A stretch of DNA of 59,614 nucleotides, counting the filler, from Squatina squatina (taxonomy: Eukaryota), in NCBI GenBank assembly GCA_031763465.1. It is 3 parts of 3 records of this genome, joined end to end, with 100 filler letters (N's around TTAATTAATTAA, not from the genome) between each part and the next. Parts side by side here need not be neighbours in the genome. Positions count along the whole stretch, not along the records: positions 20,803 to 39,667 come from JARFOE010000203.1; positions 39,768 to 59,614 come from JARFOE010000192.1; 1 more part is not named here. One strand, 5' to 3'. Below are positions 26,806 through 40,352 of the stretch, piece after piece. Within the stretch, counting starts at the first letter, position 1; each line of letters starts with the position of its first letter. Made by a program: the position numbers and the translations under genes. Under the pieces are notes generated by a model. That model was not told the DNA's origin, did not search any database, and was given only the letters and a program-made list of their open reading frames with translations.

Positions 26806-26993
26806 GTCTTGATAAAATTGAATTTTTACAAAGCCACGAAAATCAGGAAATCTATCAAAAGGCCTTTGATCTCATTGAGCATTACTTTGGCGTGGAGGAG
26901 GAGGACAGTAGCATTGCTCCACAAGTGGATGAAACTGCACAGCAGTTCCTTTTTCAGCAACAGGAGGCCCCTATGGAGGGTTTCCAATTATAA
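26806..26993 (+). CDS. KPNA6: KPNA6 terminal coding exon
   Basis: [61 protein letters not shown]. The MEGFQL end and adjacency to TXLNA favour KPNA6 over KPNA5. Confidence 0.92.
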
Positions 26994-29900
26994 AGTGTAC
27001 AGGCAATAACAAGCAGCCACATGCCACGCCCCCTCCCGCTCCACCCCCTCCCCCCAACCGCACGCATTTAGTTGAATTGAGCTGCAGGAAACTTCTTTTT
27101 CTTCGAGCATTTTTTTCCCAAAAGAAAAATTAATTTGGTACAAGAAGTTGTGCTCTCTACTTAACTTTGAATGGAGGGAGCTGTGGGGTAACTGTTGCAC
27201 TTTCCCTTTAAGAGACTCCACNNNNNNNNNNNNNNNNNNNNNNNNNNNNNNNNNNNNNNNNNNNNNNNNNNNNNNNNNNNNNNNNNNNNNNNNNNNNNNN
27301 NNNNNNNNNNNNNNNNNNNNNNNNNNNNNNNNNNNNNNNNNNNNNNNNNNNNNNNNNNNNNNNNNNNNNNNNNNNNNNNNNNNNNNNNNNNNNNNNNNNN
27401 NNNNNNNNNNNNNNNNNNNNNNNNNNNNNNNNNNNNNNNNNNNNNNNNNNNNNNNNNNNNNNNNNNNNNNNNNNNNNNNNNNNNNNNNNNNNNNNNNNNN
27501 NNNNNNNNNNNNNNNNNNNNNNNNNNNNNNNNNNNNNNNNNNNNNNNNNNNNNNNNNNNNNNNNNNNNNNNNNNNNNNNNNNNNNNNNNNNNNNNNNNNN
27601 NNNNNNNNNNNNNNNNNNNNNNNNNNNNNNNNNNNNNNNNNNNNNNNNNNNNNNNNNNNNNNNNNNNNNNNNNNNNNNNNNNNNNNNNNNNNNNNNNNNN
27701 NNNNNNNNNNNNNNNNNNNNNNNNNNNNNNNNNNNNNNNNNNNNNNNNNNNNNNNNNNNNNNNNNNNNNNNNNNNNNNNNNNNNNNNNNNNNNNNNNNNN
27801 NNNNNNNNNNNNNNNNNNNNNNNNNNNNNNNNNNNNNNNNNNNNNNNNNNNNNNNNNNNNNNNNNNNNNNNNNNNNNNNNNNNNNNNNNNNNNNNNNNNN
27901 NNNNNNNNNNNNNNNNNNNNNNNNNNNNNNNNNNNNNNNNNNNNNNNNNNNNNNNNNNNNNNNNNNNNNNNNNNNNNNNNNNNNNNNNNNNNNNNNNNNN
28001 NNNNNNNNNNNNNNNNNNNNNNNNNNNNNNNNNNNNNNNNNNNNNNNNNNNNNNNNNNNNNNNNNNNNNNNNNNNNNNNNNNNNNNNNNNNNNNNNNATA
28101 AGCTGTGTGCTGTGCTGATAAATTCAAGTGTCTGACCTTCCCAGGTGTTGCACCAGAGCAGCTGCTGATCATGTAGTTAAAAAATACAGACTTGATCTGT
28201 CTAGAAATTTGCAAGTATTTAATGTGTAAACTGGAAGCTGTAGAATGCAAACCTGTAAACGTCAGTCATTACTTATTTCACATGTTGCATTAAAATAAAG
28301 ATAAAATATATTTGTCCCTTGCCAAGCAGCTGGAGCAAAACCATTGCAACTGTGGTTGCCTACATGCCAAGTTTTATAGCACAATTCGATAACTATTTTC
28401 TATCTGTAAACTTGCTTAAGTTTCCTCAGCAGCTACCTCTCAAGCTCCGAATTTATCTCCAGAAAATGTGCTACTGAAACCACTTATCTGTAAAGACATT
28501 GTTCAGTAACTGTAATTATCTGCAATTTATACCTTGTTTACCTGGGAGATCAAATTCAGTTTGGATGAGGATCTCCCTAATATTTACACTTGCCGCCTCC
28601 TCCCTGAAACAGCAGGAAGTTCCCTCTGCATGCACTGCTTTGTTATGCAGTTAGGAGATGAGCAATGGTTAAATCAAACTCTCTACCAACTAGATTTAAA
28701 TTCCATTAGCTTTTGAATCAATTTTTAAATGAATATAGATGGGAGTGTTCGCTCCAAAGTAAAAATAGAGGCATCTATCTAAGCTGCATTCTGTTTCAAA
28801 ATGGCATTTGGAAAAGAAAATCTGAATTTACAGTGCAAGTAAAGATGTACTGAGTCTTACTTTGCCAATGCTTCACCCTTCAGGATGTAAAATGCATGGG
28901 GGTGGGGGGTGCAGGGTGTGTTGGGGGAAGGAAACCTAAACTTGCTGGAGGGGATAAGATGAGGAAAACTGAACAAACTTGAAGCAAGTTTACAGATCCA
29001 AGCCAACTTTATTAAGAAAAAGAAACAAATTTTGCTACGAGCACTTTTAAAATTTTACTGATAACCTCGTGTTTTGGCAAGGGAATAGTTTGTCTACATT
29101 CTAACAGATTCAACATTATTTGCACACATTACTGCATACATACCAGCATACAGTTCTACACACTTTTACATCTACAATTTTAGAGGAAATGGCTTCCATA
29201 ATGAATTCTGGTATACAAATCTTTATGAAGGGCTGGCTTTATTTTGAGCTGGGAGACTGCATTTATTAGACAAACTGTGAATCTTAATTATTGAATTCTG
29301 TTAAATATTGAAATATGAAGCCATTTTTCTCTCCCTCTGCCATTGCGATTAGCTTTGCTTTAGAGGGCAGACAGATCACACCACAGACATTAGAGATCAA
29401 TAAAGTCAAACCACTCTGAACTGCGCTAGGCTATTCTGAAAGTGATTATTTTTCCTCCTCTCTGACCTTGGGGATCCATGTGGCCTAACTCTGCTATTAC
29501 TCCTAGTTGAGACTGTTTTGGCGTCCACATAGAAGTGAATGTGTTTAATTATTCTTGCCAATTTGTGAAAATGAGACTAGGTAATATTTTAACAATTTTC
29601 TGTACGGAGCAGGGGATAAGGCAAGTATCCCTGAGCTTCAAGCAAATAAGTGGGAGCTTACTAAAGAGCAGTTGAACAGTGATGTATTGTGCAGGGTGGT
29701 ATAGTACACTGTAAATTCCAAAAAATATTGGATTTCAGTAGTTCTAAATCCATCATAAATTTGCTTTATTTGGAGAGTTGAGCAGCTTTAAAAAAGTAAT
29801 GGATATGTAGTGAGAAATGTGCATTTTTCTCTTACCCTCCCAAGAGGATCATACTGAGATGGACACTACTTTAATGCTGGCCTGGTTCCGTTCAGTTCAG

Positions 29901-32680
29901 CTTGGTTTGACTTTTGCATGTCCCTAACAGACCAGTNNNNNNNNNNNNNNNNNNNNNNNNNNNNNNNNNNNNNNNNNNNNNNNNNNNNNNNNNNNNNNNN
30001 NNNNNNNNNNNNNNNNNNNNNNNNNNNNNNNNNNNNNNNNNNNNNNNNNNNNNNNNNNNNNNNNNNNNNNNNNNNNNNNNNNNNNNNNNNNNNNNNNNNN
30101 NNNNNNNNNNNNNNNNNNNNNNNNNNNNNNNNNNNNNNNNNNNNNNNNNNNNNNNNNNNNNNNNNNNNNNNNNNNNNNNNNNNNNNNNNNNNNNNNNNNN
30201 NNNNNNNNNNNNNNNNNNNNNNNNNNNNNNNNNNNNNNNNNNNNNNNNGGAAAGAAGAAAAAAATAAGTCATACAAGCTGGTGTGAAGAGTTGGGTTTAT
30301 TTTTTTAAAAACAAAATTCCTGTGGACCGTCTGAGTGTTTCTGCATGAATCTAGAAATATTAGGAAACCTAAATTAAGAATCATCTTCTGGTCTGTTGCA
30401 CCATTGGAACTTTACTAAACACTTCTCTGATTTTCTGTGAAGAGATACTCACCCAAAATCTTAATAGCAGAAAGGCCTTTCACTACTAACATTTAAAGAT
30501 TTTGGTCCACGTAAACTGGAAAAAAAAAATTGCCTAACATTCCTTTCATTTATAGCACCTTCATTATACTAGTTATGTGTTGGAAATAATACTGACTTTT
30601 AGGGAAGTTAATGGAATAGTTTTTGAAGCAGCTAGAGACAGACCTTTCTTTGGAGGTGGTGGGGTGGGGGTTGCATTTTTTCCCCAAAATCTTCATTTCC
30701 TTTGAAAATATAGCTAGACCAGCAGTTACTATCTCTAATCCTTTCACCAGCATAAAGTTAAATATAAGTTCAAATAAAATGGCTCCAAGATGATGTATTA
30801 ATTTCCTTACTTAGTGTTATCCCAGCTGCTTAAAATTTGTGTTGGGAAGAAAGTATATAATGGATATTGAGGATTAGCCTGAACTGTTTTTCTAGTGCTT
30901 CATTATAGAAGTCCAGCTTGTCCTATCACTTAAAACATCGTACTGTATTTGGAGCTTTAATAAAATCTGTTGATGAACGGATTAAATGGCTTTAACTACA
31001 CAGTGCACTTTAGGCTTCAATTTCAATGGTAAGCTATTTCACCAAACTGGGTTAAAAATAACTTTTGTAATGCTAGAGTATACTTTTTGCTGGCAAAATA
31101 TTTACTAATGTATCTGTCAAAATGCTGAATATATACGAATGAAATTGAAGGGGGCTTAGAGTACATTTCATAAGTATTTTGAAATATTCCCATACCCTTT
31201 TGCTTCTAATGAGCAGCATGAAGAGGAAACATTTGAGGGAGTTTGGTTCTGTGCCCTGTGCTCACCAATATTTTGGTGGCAGCTGTTAACCATTAGATGT
31301 TTTAGATTTTCCTATGATCTATAGTGAACAGTACAACAAATAATTTTCCTCAAGGATATGGTACATAATTTCCACACACAACCCAATAAATTGGTACTAA
31401 TCATTTTGTGCTATTGCAATATCGCCATCAAAAGTTCGAGAACTTCCATTTGCCAACTATGCAACCTTTTGCTTGAGGCCTTCTGACCAGGGTCCCCATC
31501 TTTAATCTTTCTAAATGTCTATAAAGCATCTTTTTTGTCTAGGGGATTTTTGTACAGTTTTCTACTGATATTTTGATGTATAATACTTTAAAAGAAAAAA
31601 AAATGTGCAATTTGGCGGGGAGAGTTTCAATTTGTACTAGTTGGAGCTGTTATANNNNNNNNNNNNNNNNNNNNNNNNNNNNNNNNNNNNNNNNNNNNNN
31701 NNNNNNNNNNNNNNNNNNNNNNNNNNNNNNNNNNNNNNNNNNNNNNNNNNNNNNNNNNNNNNNNNNNNNNNNNNNNNNNNNNNNNNNNNNNNNNNNNNNN
31801 NNNNNNNNNNNNNNNNNNNNNNNNNNNNNNNNNNNNNNNNNNNNNNNNNNNNNNNNNNNNNNNNNNNNNNNNNNNNNNNNNNNNNNNNNNNNNNNNNNNN
31901 NNNNNNNNNNNNNNNNNNNNNNNNNNNNNNNNNNNNNNNNNNNNNNNNNNNNNNNNNNNNNNNNNNNNNNNNNNNNNNNNNNNNNNNNNNNNNNNNNNNN
32001 NNNNNNNNNNNNNNNNNNNNNNNNNNNNNNNNNNNNNNNNNNNNNNNNNNNNNNNNNNNNNNNNNNNNNNNNNNNNNNNNNNNNNNNNNNNNNNNNNNNN
32101 NNNNNNNNNNNNNNNNNNNNNNNNNNNNNNNNNNNNNNNNNNNNNNNNNNNNNNNNNNNNNNNNNNNNNNNNNNNNNNNNNNNNNNNNNNNNNNNNNNNN
32201 NNNNNNNNNNNNNNNNNNNNNNNNNNNNNNNNNNNNNNNNNNNNNNNNNNNNNNNNNNNNNNNNNNNNNNNNNNNNNNNNNNNNNNNNNNNNNNNNNNNN
32301 NNNNNNNNNNNNNNNNNNNNNNNNNNNNNNNNNNNNNNNNNNNNNNNNNNNNNNNNNNNNNNNNNNNNNNNNNNNNNNNNNNNNNNNNNNNNNNNNNNNN
32401 TAAAGTCTGTGTCCAAATTGCTGTTCTCAAAACTTGAATAAAATTGATTTTTTTTTTCTCCTTTTTTATTTTGGGAGGGTATGTTACCACCCATAAAGCT
32501 TTTGACGGCTGACGGACTTGACAGTTAACTGTATGAATGTGAGATGACGGAAGCAGACAGCACAAACAGAACATGACACACAAACACAACACAAACAAAA
32601 GCAATTACAAATTCTGTTCCTTTGTTTAAAACACTGTAAATGTACAAGTATGAAATAAATCTTGTTGCAAATCTTCCTTT
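26994..32680 (+). other. Probable long KPNA6 3' UTR
   Basis: AT-rich with no recognisable transposons. AATAAA at 32654 followed by a T/GT-rich tract; earlier AATAAA sites also exist, so the end is uncertain. Confidence 0.5.
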
Positions 32681-33145
32681 TTTTGTGTGTTACCTATTGG
32701 GAATGTTTAGCTTTCCAAAATGTATGAGAAGCATTCTTTACAAAACGGAGTGATTCCATTTACATCTCGCCAATAAATGCATCATTTAAATTTACTCTGC
32801 TTGTAATGACAATGTGTTGGCAATAAAATTAATGTAAAGGGAAAACTAGCTCTTTTTTCCTATGGGGAGCTGTAATCCAATGCTGTTGACTTTGGAACTA
32901 AAGTGGAGCCAATTTTGTACAGATCATTGAATTGCATCAATTCGTACCATTTTACAACCAAAATCTGACTAGAGTATGAATAGATACGATTGATCTGTCA
33001 TGTCTATGATCGGTAAGACAACCAAGGTGATTTCATAGGGATATCAATTGTTTTATATCAAAACAATGCAATCTTGCCTACTTGCATTATTTTCCTCACC
33101 AACACAATCAGCTCAAGAGTAATGGGTGAAGACCTACTCTTTGAG

Positions 33146-33535
33146 ATGTCAGTCTTGTCTCGGTGATGACACTGTCACCTCCTTGAATCAAAACGTCTTG
33201 AGCACATAATCTAAGGTGACACATCAGCATAATATTGAGGGGGTGTTGCACTGTCGGTGCTGTCTTTCAGGTGAGCTGTTAAACCGAGGCCCTGTCTGCC
33301 CCCTCTGGATCCCCCGGCACTGTTCGAAGAGAGGCAGAGGAGTTGTCCAGATATCCTAGCCAATAGTTATCCTCAAAAGTAAATAAAAATCTGGTAATTT
33401 TGGACCCTGCTGTGCGCAAAATTGTTGCGGTGTTTTCCTGAACTGCAACGGTGACTACACTTAAATAAGTACTTAATTGGCTGTAAAACACTTGGGGACG
33501 TCATGTTGTACAACGTTAAATATACAAGTCCTTTA
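33146..33535 (+). mobile_element. Deu-domain SINE, near full length, decayed
   Basis: Same body and tail as 1-280 (GCTGTGCGCAAAATTG...GTACTTAATTGGCTGTAAAACACTTGGGGACG). Confidence 0.65.
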
Positions 33536-33974
33536 CTGTTCAAATTTGTGCCAAATGCCAATCTGTGTTGCTGGAACACCTCTGAAAACATTGCATATAT
33601 CCTTTGGAGTGGTTGAGATTTTTGAGTTGAGGTATACAGTGGATCGATGGTACTCTGGAACTGTTTTCAGATTTGAAAAGCCATGTTTTGGCTTGTCTGA
33701 TTATCTTGCAAATTTTTATTGGATTCAGTGGTTCATCTGACATCCCCTCTTCAGATTGTAAGGATACAAGCTGTTGACTCTGAAGCTGCTCCAGATTAGT
33801 GGAGAAAGGGCAATTTGTGGTATGAACAGTTTTAATAATTAATGCCTTCTCATTACAGATGTCTCTGATTTATCCATATCCAAGCTGTGACCAGAACTGC
33901 TGTGACAAGAACTTTTATGCCATTGTTAACAGTCGAGACTGTCAACAAATGATAGTTCTGATCTATAAACACAA

Positions 33975-34239
33975 AATGCGGGGAAAAACTCAGGTGAACT
34001 GTGGAGAGAAAAACAGAGTCAATGTTTCAGGTCGATGACACTTTGTTAGAACTGAATAAAGCCAGAAATGCAGCAGGTGTTCAAGCACCTGCAGTGGCAG
34101 TGAAAGGGGAAGGGGGAGGACAGAACAAAAGGAAAGATCAGTGATTGGGTGGAAACAGAAAGCAATGAAGATGAACAAGGTTAACGGGACAAAAGGCAGT
34201 CCTGTCTGAGGGAAGAACAAAACTTCGAGGTGGGCATTC
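33975..34239 (-). mobile_element. Penelope-like element terminal (pLTR) fragment
   Basis: CTGTGGAGAGAAAAACAGAGTCAATGTTTCAGGTCGATGAC resembles recalled chondrichthyan Penelope ends. A hammerhead-like core lies on the minus strand. Confidence 0.55.
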
Positions 34240-34339
34240 NNNNNNNNNNNNNNNNNNNNNNNNNNNNNNNNNNNNNNNNNNNNNNNNNNNNNNNNNNNNN
34301 NNNNNNNNNNNNNNNNNNNNNNNNNNNNNNNNNNNNNNN

Positions 34340-35085
34340 ACTCTTTTTGGAAACAATGTAAGCTTCTTCTTTTAATCTGATATTTCCTTTGTTAGCCATG
34401 GTTGTACTACTTTTCCAGTGGAGCTTGTATTCCTTAAGGGAATGTATATTCATTGAGAATGATGAATTATTTCTTTAAATGTTTGCATTGCTTGTCTATT
34501 GTCATATCTTTTAATCTAATTTCCCAATCTACTTTAGCCAACTCGTCTGTCACACCTCCATAATTGGCTTCGTTTAAATTTAAGACCCTTGTTTCATATC
34601 ACTCACAAACGTAATATGAAATTCTATCATATTATGATCACTCTCCCCTGAGGATTCCTTACTATAAGATTACTAATTAACCCTGTCGAATTACACAATA
34701 CAAGATCTAAAATAGTCTGTTCCCTAACTGGTTCCTTGACATATTGTCTAGAAAACCATCTTGAATGCATTCCATGGTCTTGGCCTGCAAGCTACTTTGC
34801 CAATTTGATTTGTCCAGTCTATATGAAGATTAAAATCGTCCAGATTATTGCATTATCCTTGTTACATGCTCCTCTATTTTCTTGATTTATACTCTGTCCA
34901 ACACTGGGGTTACTGTCAGGGGCCTATAATCTACACCCACCAATGTTTTCTGCCCATACTGGGTAGCTCCACCCATACTGATTATACATCCTAATTTTCT
35001 GGCCTAAGATCTTTCTCCCGACTGCCTTTATTATCGGGGTTACCACGCCTCCTTTTCTATTTTCCTATCTTTTCTAAAAGTTGGA
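34340..35085 (-). mobile_element. Decayed CR1 LINE ORF2 (endonuclease region)
   Basis: The minus strand reads GVDYRPP near 34920-34940 and LDLVLCN near 34695-34715, both CR1 endonuclease motifs, with many disablements. Confidence 0.75.
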
Positions 35086-35432
35086 ACCGATCTTGAACTA
35101 TAGCTGCAGTCTCGACTACATTTCCAGTTGAGAAAGTATAGGAGCCATATGTTGCGTAGCTACACTAGGGATGGCAAATTGAAAAAGTGTGTTTGTTCTG
35201 TGTTATGATACTTGGAAGAAACTATTTATCCATGTGCCGCTTACCTGAATTGACCAGTTACACCCTGTGTGTAAAATAATTTCATCAAATTTTACAAGTG
35301 CAGAATTAATATTTAATATAGGGTAACTTTGGGNNNNNNNNNNTATAGTTGTAATTTTGGAAAGTATTTGAATTCTACAAGGTAATTAATATTTTGTTTC
35401 TGTGCAGGTTTCTATTAAATAAAACGTAAGCC

Positions 35433-35895
35433 ATGAAGAATCAAGATTCTGAAAGTAAGTTCAGTCCTCCTGCTGATAGCCATGAGACGACAGTGGTTGG
35501 TGTTGCAGTAGCAGAGAGAGCAGATCCTGCTGGCAGAGAAGACAGTTTGGGTGTTGCTGAACCTGAAGCCAATCATCAAACCAGCAAAAAGTCTGATGGT
35601 CAGAATGGGCTTGCACAAAACCATGAAGATGTAAGTAACAGTGAAGCCATACTGAATGGAACAGCTGCAGGAGGTATCTGTGAAGGATCATTAGTTGTCC
35701 AAGAGACTTCGGCTGTAGATGCCTTGGATACCCTCCAGCCCGAGACTTCAACGGCTGATGTCTCAGATGAGCTCAGCAGACAGCTTGAAGACATATTGAA
35801 CACCTATTGCTGCAACCTGGCTGAGCATGGTTCTGCTGTGCAGCCTGAGGAATCTCCTGAATTGGAAGAAGCAGAGTCAATGGATATGGCTCAAG
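35433..35895 (+). CDS. TXLNA: Alpha-taxilin first coding exon (exon starts 35408; 3' boundary uncertain)
   Basis: Acceptor tctgtgcag, Kozak GCCATG, MKNQD start and DVSDELSRQLEDILNTYC, matching recalled TXLNA. The donor could be 35895 or 35900. Confidence 0.8.
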
Positions 35896-37572
35896 GTGGT
35901 GTAGGAATGTCATGCTGCAGAAAATCAATTCTGAATTGCACCATGTGACACTTCCTGTAATAGCCCTAATTGTTTTAATGAGTATCTTGTAACACTTTTT
36001 TTACAACAGCACTCCAGAGATTGCTGTTACGTGAGTTACTGTAATGAAGACATACAATCCAGACACTCCTGAAAAGTTCTTTTAAAATTTCAGCATCATT
36101 TGTTTTGTTGAAATAGACCAGTTTACAGAGGAATGACATTGGTTGCTACTATCAGTGGGTATTGTAGGTAGTGTGCATGAACTGGGTCAGTTTGTGGGCT
36201 GTGTCCTGAAAGACCACACATTTCACATGAAAATTCAACTTTGCACAACTTGTTGAAACAAAGTTTGCCGTCAAAATGAAAATTAAGTTTAGCTAAGTCA
36301 GTGGAAACTTCTACATATACTGGTTTGGCTACAGGCCAAACTTTGACTAGCACTGCAGCATTACATTTTTTTTACTTTATTGTACAACGCTCACGTTAGC
36401 AATACACGCAAAGTGTCATTGCAAAAAAATTATTAAAATGTAATAGTGAACTCATGTAAATTCAAAAGCATCTTTTATCAATCATCCTGACACAATAAGG
36501 GAAAAGGCAGGGAAAAGGGGAAGAGGCATGAAAGTGGAGTTGAGGTGAATATCAGATCAGCCATGATCTCATTGAATGGCGGAGNNNNNNNNNNNNNNNN
36601 NNNNNNNNNNNNNNNNNNNNNNNNNNNNNNNNNNNNNNNNNNNNNNNNNNNNNNNNNNNNNNNNNNNNNNNNNNNNNNNNNNNNTTACCCAGCTGTTTCT
36701 TCCACGTGGAAATCCAATATCGCAACTAAAAACTAGGTCCAGCACCTGTGGTCAGCTAGTATCTGCGTTAAAATACTATGTAAAGAAACAGTCGTAAAAT
36801 TTACAAATATATCAGTTGTCCCTTTTCTTCCCACCCCCATACCAGTCAGAATAGTAAAATAATAGAGGGATAACAAAAGAAAATTAGTCAAACAAACATA
36901 AGTAGCAGGGTGAAAATGTAAAATGGTAGAGATTTTGCAGAGTACAAGAGAAAGATTGGCTACATGTTTATATCCTATAACCACTTCCAGTGGACTTGGT
37001 TTCGCAATATGTTGCGGTTGAGTGTGTTCTAATATTTGCCCCATTTTGTGGGGTAGAGCACCACTGGTAACATTATGGAGTCGTTTTGGCAGTGGTTGTA
37101 TTCAAGTTCATGGTTTCAGTTCCTTCACCCTCGGCCAAATAAAGTTGTGCTTAGACCAACAGCATTTTTCATCTCTTTTAAAACACAAAAAATTCTATAA
37201 ATTCACCTCCCTTCGGCATGGCAGTGACGAGAGGGACAGTGTGGTAGCTATGGCTATCCTAGTTATGATTCACTGTCCCTCACAAACATTGTGGACTCCC
37301 CTGCCCCACCCCTTTTTTCATTTAAGTTCCACAGCAGAGAAATGGAAGAGCCATTCTACTCCTGTATCTAAATCAGTACTGCAAACTGTTAAATTTGTAG
37401 CAGTACATTTTTGGCGAGTTGCTGTTACTTTTACCTTGTCCATCAAGAATGTCTCCTCGCTGCATGATGCCAGTCTCTGACAGCCCAGATGAGATTGGGA
37501 GCTCTCCATATCAGAAACCATTCCATTGGCCATTCGGTCAATGACTGTTATTTGTTGCTCTGTGTATCATAG

Positions 37573-37914
<342 letters not shown>

Positions 37915-38332
37915 TGATTCAACTGCTTGAAAGTAAAATACCCAGCGTGAACTTTAGCCTGTAGCTTTCATTGTACCAAAGATATAATTTTGATTAGTAA
38001 CTTTACAACTCAATAATTGAAGTTAAAGGAATTAGTTACAGTGTGTTGCCATGGCACTTTTGGTGATCACCAAACCCTGCCTCGTGTGTGATCCCTTGGG
38101 AGTTTAAGTATTGAATGCAAAGAGACAACTGTCCATTCTCCAGCATTGTTCACAGGCAATAGGATCTCGGTAATCCACTTCCTTGTGTTCCTGAGGTGTT
38201 CATAGAAATCATTGAAATTTATGGCACAGAAGNNNNNNNNNNNNNNNNNNNNNNNNNNNNNNNNNNNNNNNNNNNNNNNNNNNNNNNNNNNNNNNNNNNN
38301 NNNNNNNNNNNNNNNNNNNNNNNNNNNNNNNN

Positions 38333-38372
38333 TAATGAAGTTTTTACAACCTTCAGGCAAGAGATGGAAAAG
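38333..38372 (+). CDS. TXLNA: TXLNA exon 3' fragment (5' part in a gap)
   Basis: NEVFTTFRQEMEK|gtaaag. Confidence 0.85.
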
Positions 38373-39155
38373 GTAAAGCTTGTCACCTTGAAGGTGTCTG
38401 CAGTACACTAGATATTTTATATCGTAAGGAGCCATTTGGCCTCACGCTTGTGCCAATTTTCCTGCACATCCTGTAAATAAAACAACCTGCATTTAAAAAA
38501 ATATATATATATATTTTACCAACTATTTAATTTACCAGAACCACTTAGAATTCTGAACACCTATTAAATCCTCTTAACCATCTGTTTTAAAGTGCAAATT
38601 CTGACTTTTTTACAACCCTTCCTGGCCCTAGAGCTCTCCAGTCAATTGTAATGTCTCCACTTGCACTCCAACTGAGATCCACAGAGTTGGCTTTGAACCT
38701 GCGAATCCTTTGGTTTGTCACACTCTGCCATTCATTGTATTTACCCACTCAACTGTGGGGAGCTCACACTAAAATATTGCCCTTCGAACTACAAAAATGG
38801 TCTTGAATATGTCAAAACTTGGCATTCAGTCATCGTAGCATTCTTGTCTTCCCTTAACGCAATTCTCAATTAANNNNNNNNNNTAGTATTTATAATTTCT
38901 TGGGACAAAGCTAATGTAATGAAAGGAGGAAAAAAATGCAATGCAATGTGGCAGATGTGTTGGTGCAATTGTCACCTTACCACTGTGATTACTGCAGTGC
39001 AAAACCAAACACACACGGCACCCCTTCTCCCTGTTGGAAGAAAATTGGAATGTTACAGCCTGCTTTACAGGAAAACACTACTTGCAGCTTAACACTTCAT
39101 ATTTTTAATGTGCCATATTACAAATACTTAATTTTCCCATTTTTCTTTTAATAAG

Positions 39156-39251
39156 ATGACAAAAAAGATCAAAAAGCTGGAAAAAGAGACCACCATGTAT
39201 CGTACTAGATGGGAGAGCAGTAATAAGGCTTTGCTGGATATGGCAGAGGAG
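39156..39251 (+). CDS. TXLNA: TXLNA exon
   Basis: MTKKIKKLEKETTMYRTRWESSNKALLDMAEE|gtaagt, 96 nt, in phase with the previous exon. Confidence 0.93.
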
Positions 39252-39667
39252 GTAAGTAGTTGGTTACTTCCAGTTTGATCCAAGAACTGACTTGAAGAAC
39301 TGGTAAATATTTGTTAAATCTTAATTCAAAATGCATTTACACCTGATGTACTTCTAGTTAATTGACTTTTATAAATGTAAATTCTTTTTAAAAATAAAAA
39401 AAATGTTTACCATTTACTGTACTTGCAGCTTAAATTTCAGAGTCAAACTGATAGGTGCTGCATTTCCATTTGTGGGACCTAGATTTGAAACCAGCCAGAC
39501 TGATTAAATTTGTGTGCTGACTAGTGTTAAATGAATATGTGCAGCCTCGATCCAGTACCTTGTGATCTAGCTGCGCTGCACTGCTCAATACTGCCCTTAA
39601 TTTTGCACTACGTTGGCAATATCACTTTTTTTGTTTTCCTTTTCAATGTCCTTGTCCCTGTTTCTCC

Positions 39668-39767
39668 NNNNNNNNNNNNNNNNNNNNNNNNNNNNNNNNN
39701 NNNNNNNNNNNTTAATTAATTAANNNNNNNNNNNNNNNNNNNNNNNNNNNNNNNNNNNNNNNNNNNN
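39668..39767. other. Artificial scaffold-joining spacer
   Basis: 44 N + TTAATTAATTAA + 44 N. The last TXLNA exon is not seen beyond it. Confidence 0.95.
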
Positions 39768-39894
39768 CCCATAACCCTTACTGATTAAAAATCTATCTAT
39801 CTCAGCCTTAAAGATACACTAAGACTCAGCCCCCACAGCTCTTTGTGGCAAGGAATTCCAAAGATTCACAACCCTCTGAGAGAAGAAATTCTTC

Positions 39895-40352
39895 CTCTAA
39901 ATATTGGGAAGACCAAAGCCATTATCTTCGGTCCCCGCCACAAACTCTGTTCCCTATCCACTGACTCCATTCCTCTCCCTAACATCTGTCTGAGGCTGAA
40001 CCATACTGTTCGCAACCTTGGTGCCATATTTGACCCCGAAATAAGCTTGCAACCACATATCCACGCCAAAATCAAACCTGCCTATTTACACCTCTGGAAC
40101 ATCGCCCAGCTCCACCCTGCCTCAGCTCATTTGCTGCTGAAACCCTCATCAATGGCTTTGTTACCTCTAGACTTGACTATTCCAATGCACTCCCATGTTT
40201 TACCCTCTGTAAAATTGAGATCATCCAAAACTTGCACCAAGTCCTGTTCATCGTTCATCCATCATCCTTGTGCTCATTGGGCTACATTGGCTCACAGTTA
40301 AGCAACACCTCAATTTTAAAATTCTCATCGTTGTTTTCAAATCCCTCCATGG
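39895..40352 (+). mobile_element. Decayed L2-type LINE ORF2 C-terminal fragment, abutting a minus-strand CR1 tail at 39768-39895
   Basis: LNIGKTKAIIFG...VRNLGAIFD...SRLDYSNA...LHWLTVKQHLNFKILIVVFKSLH, frameshifted. Confidence 0.8.

Noticed and set aside
26988-32604. Long ORFs in the ORF track here and at 5143-6090
   Set aside because: They are mostly X from N runs and have no coding signal.
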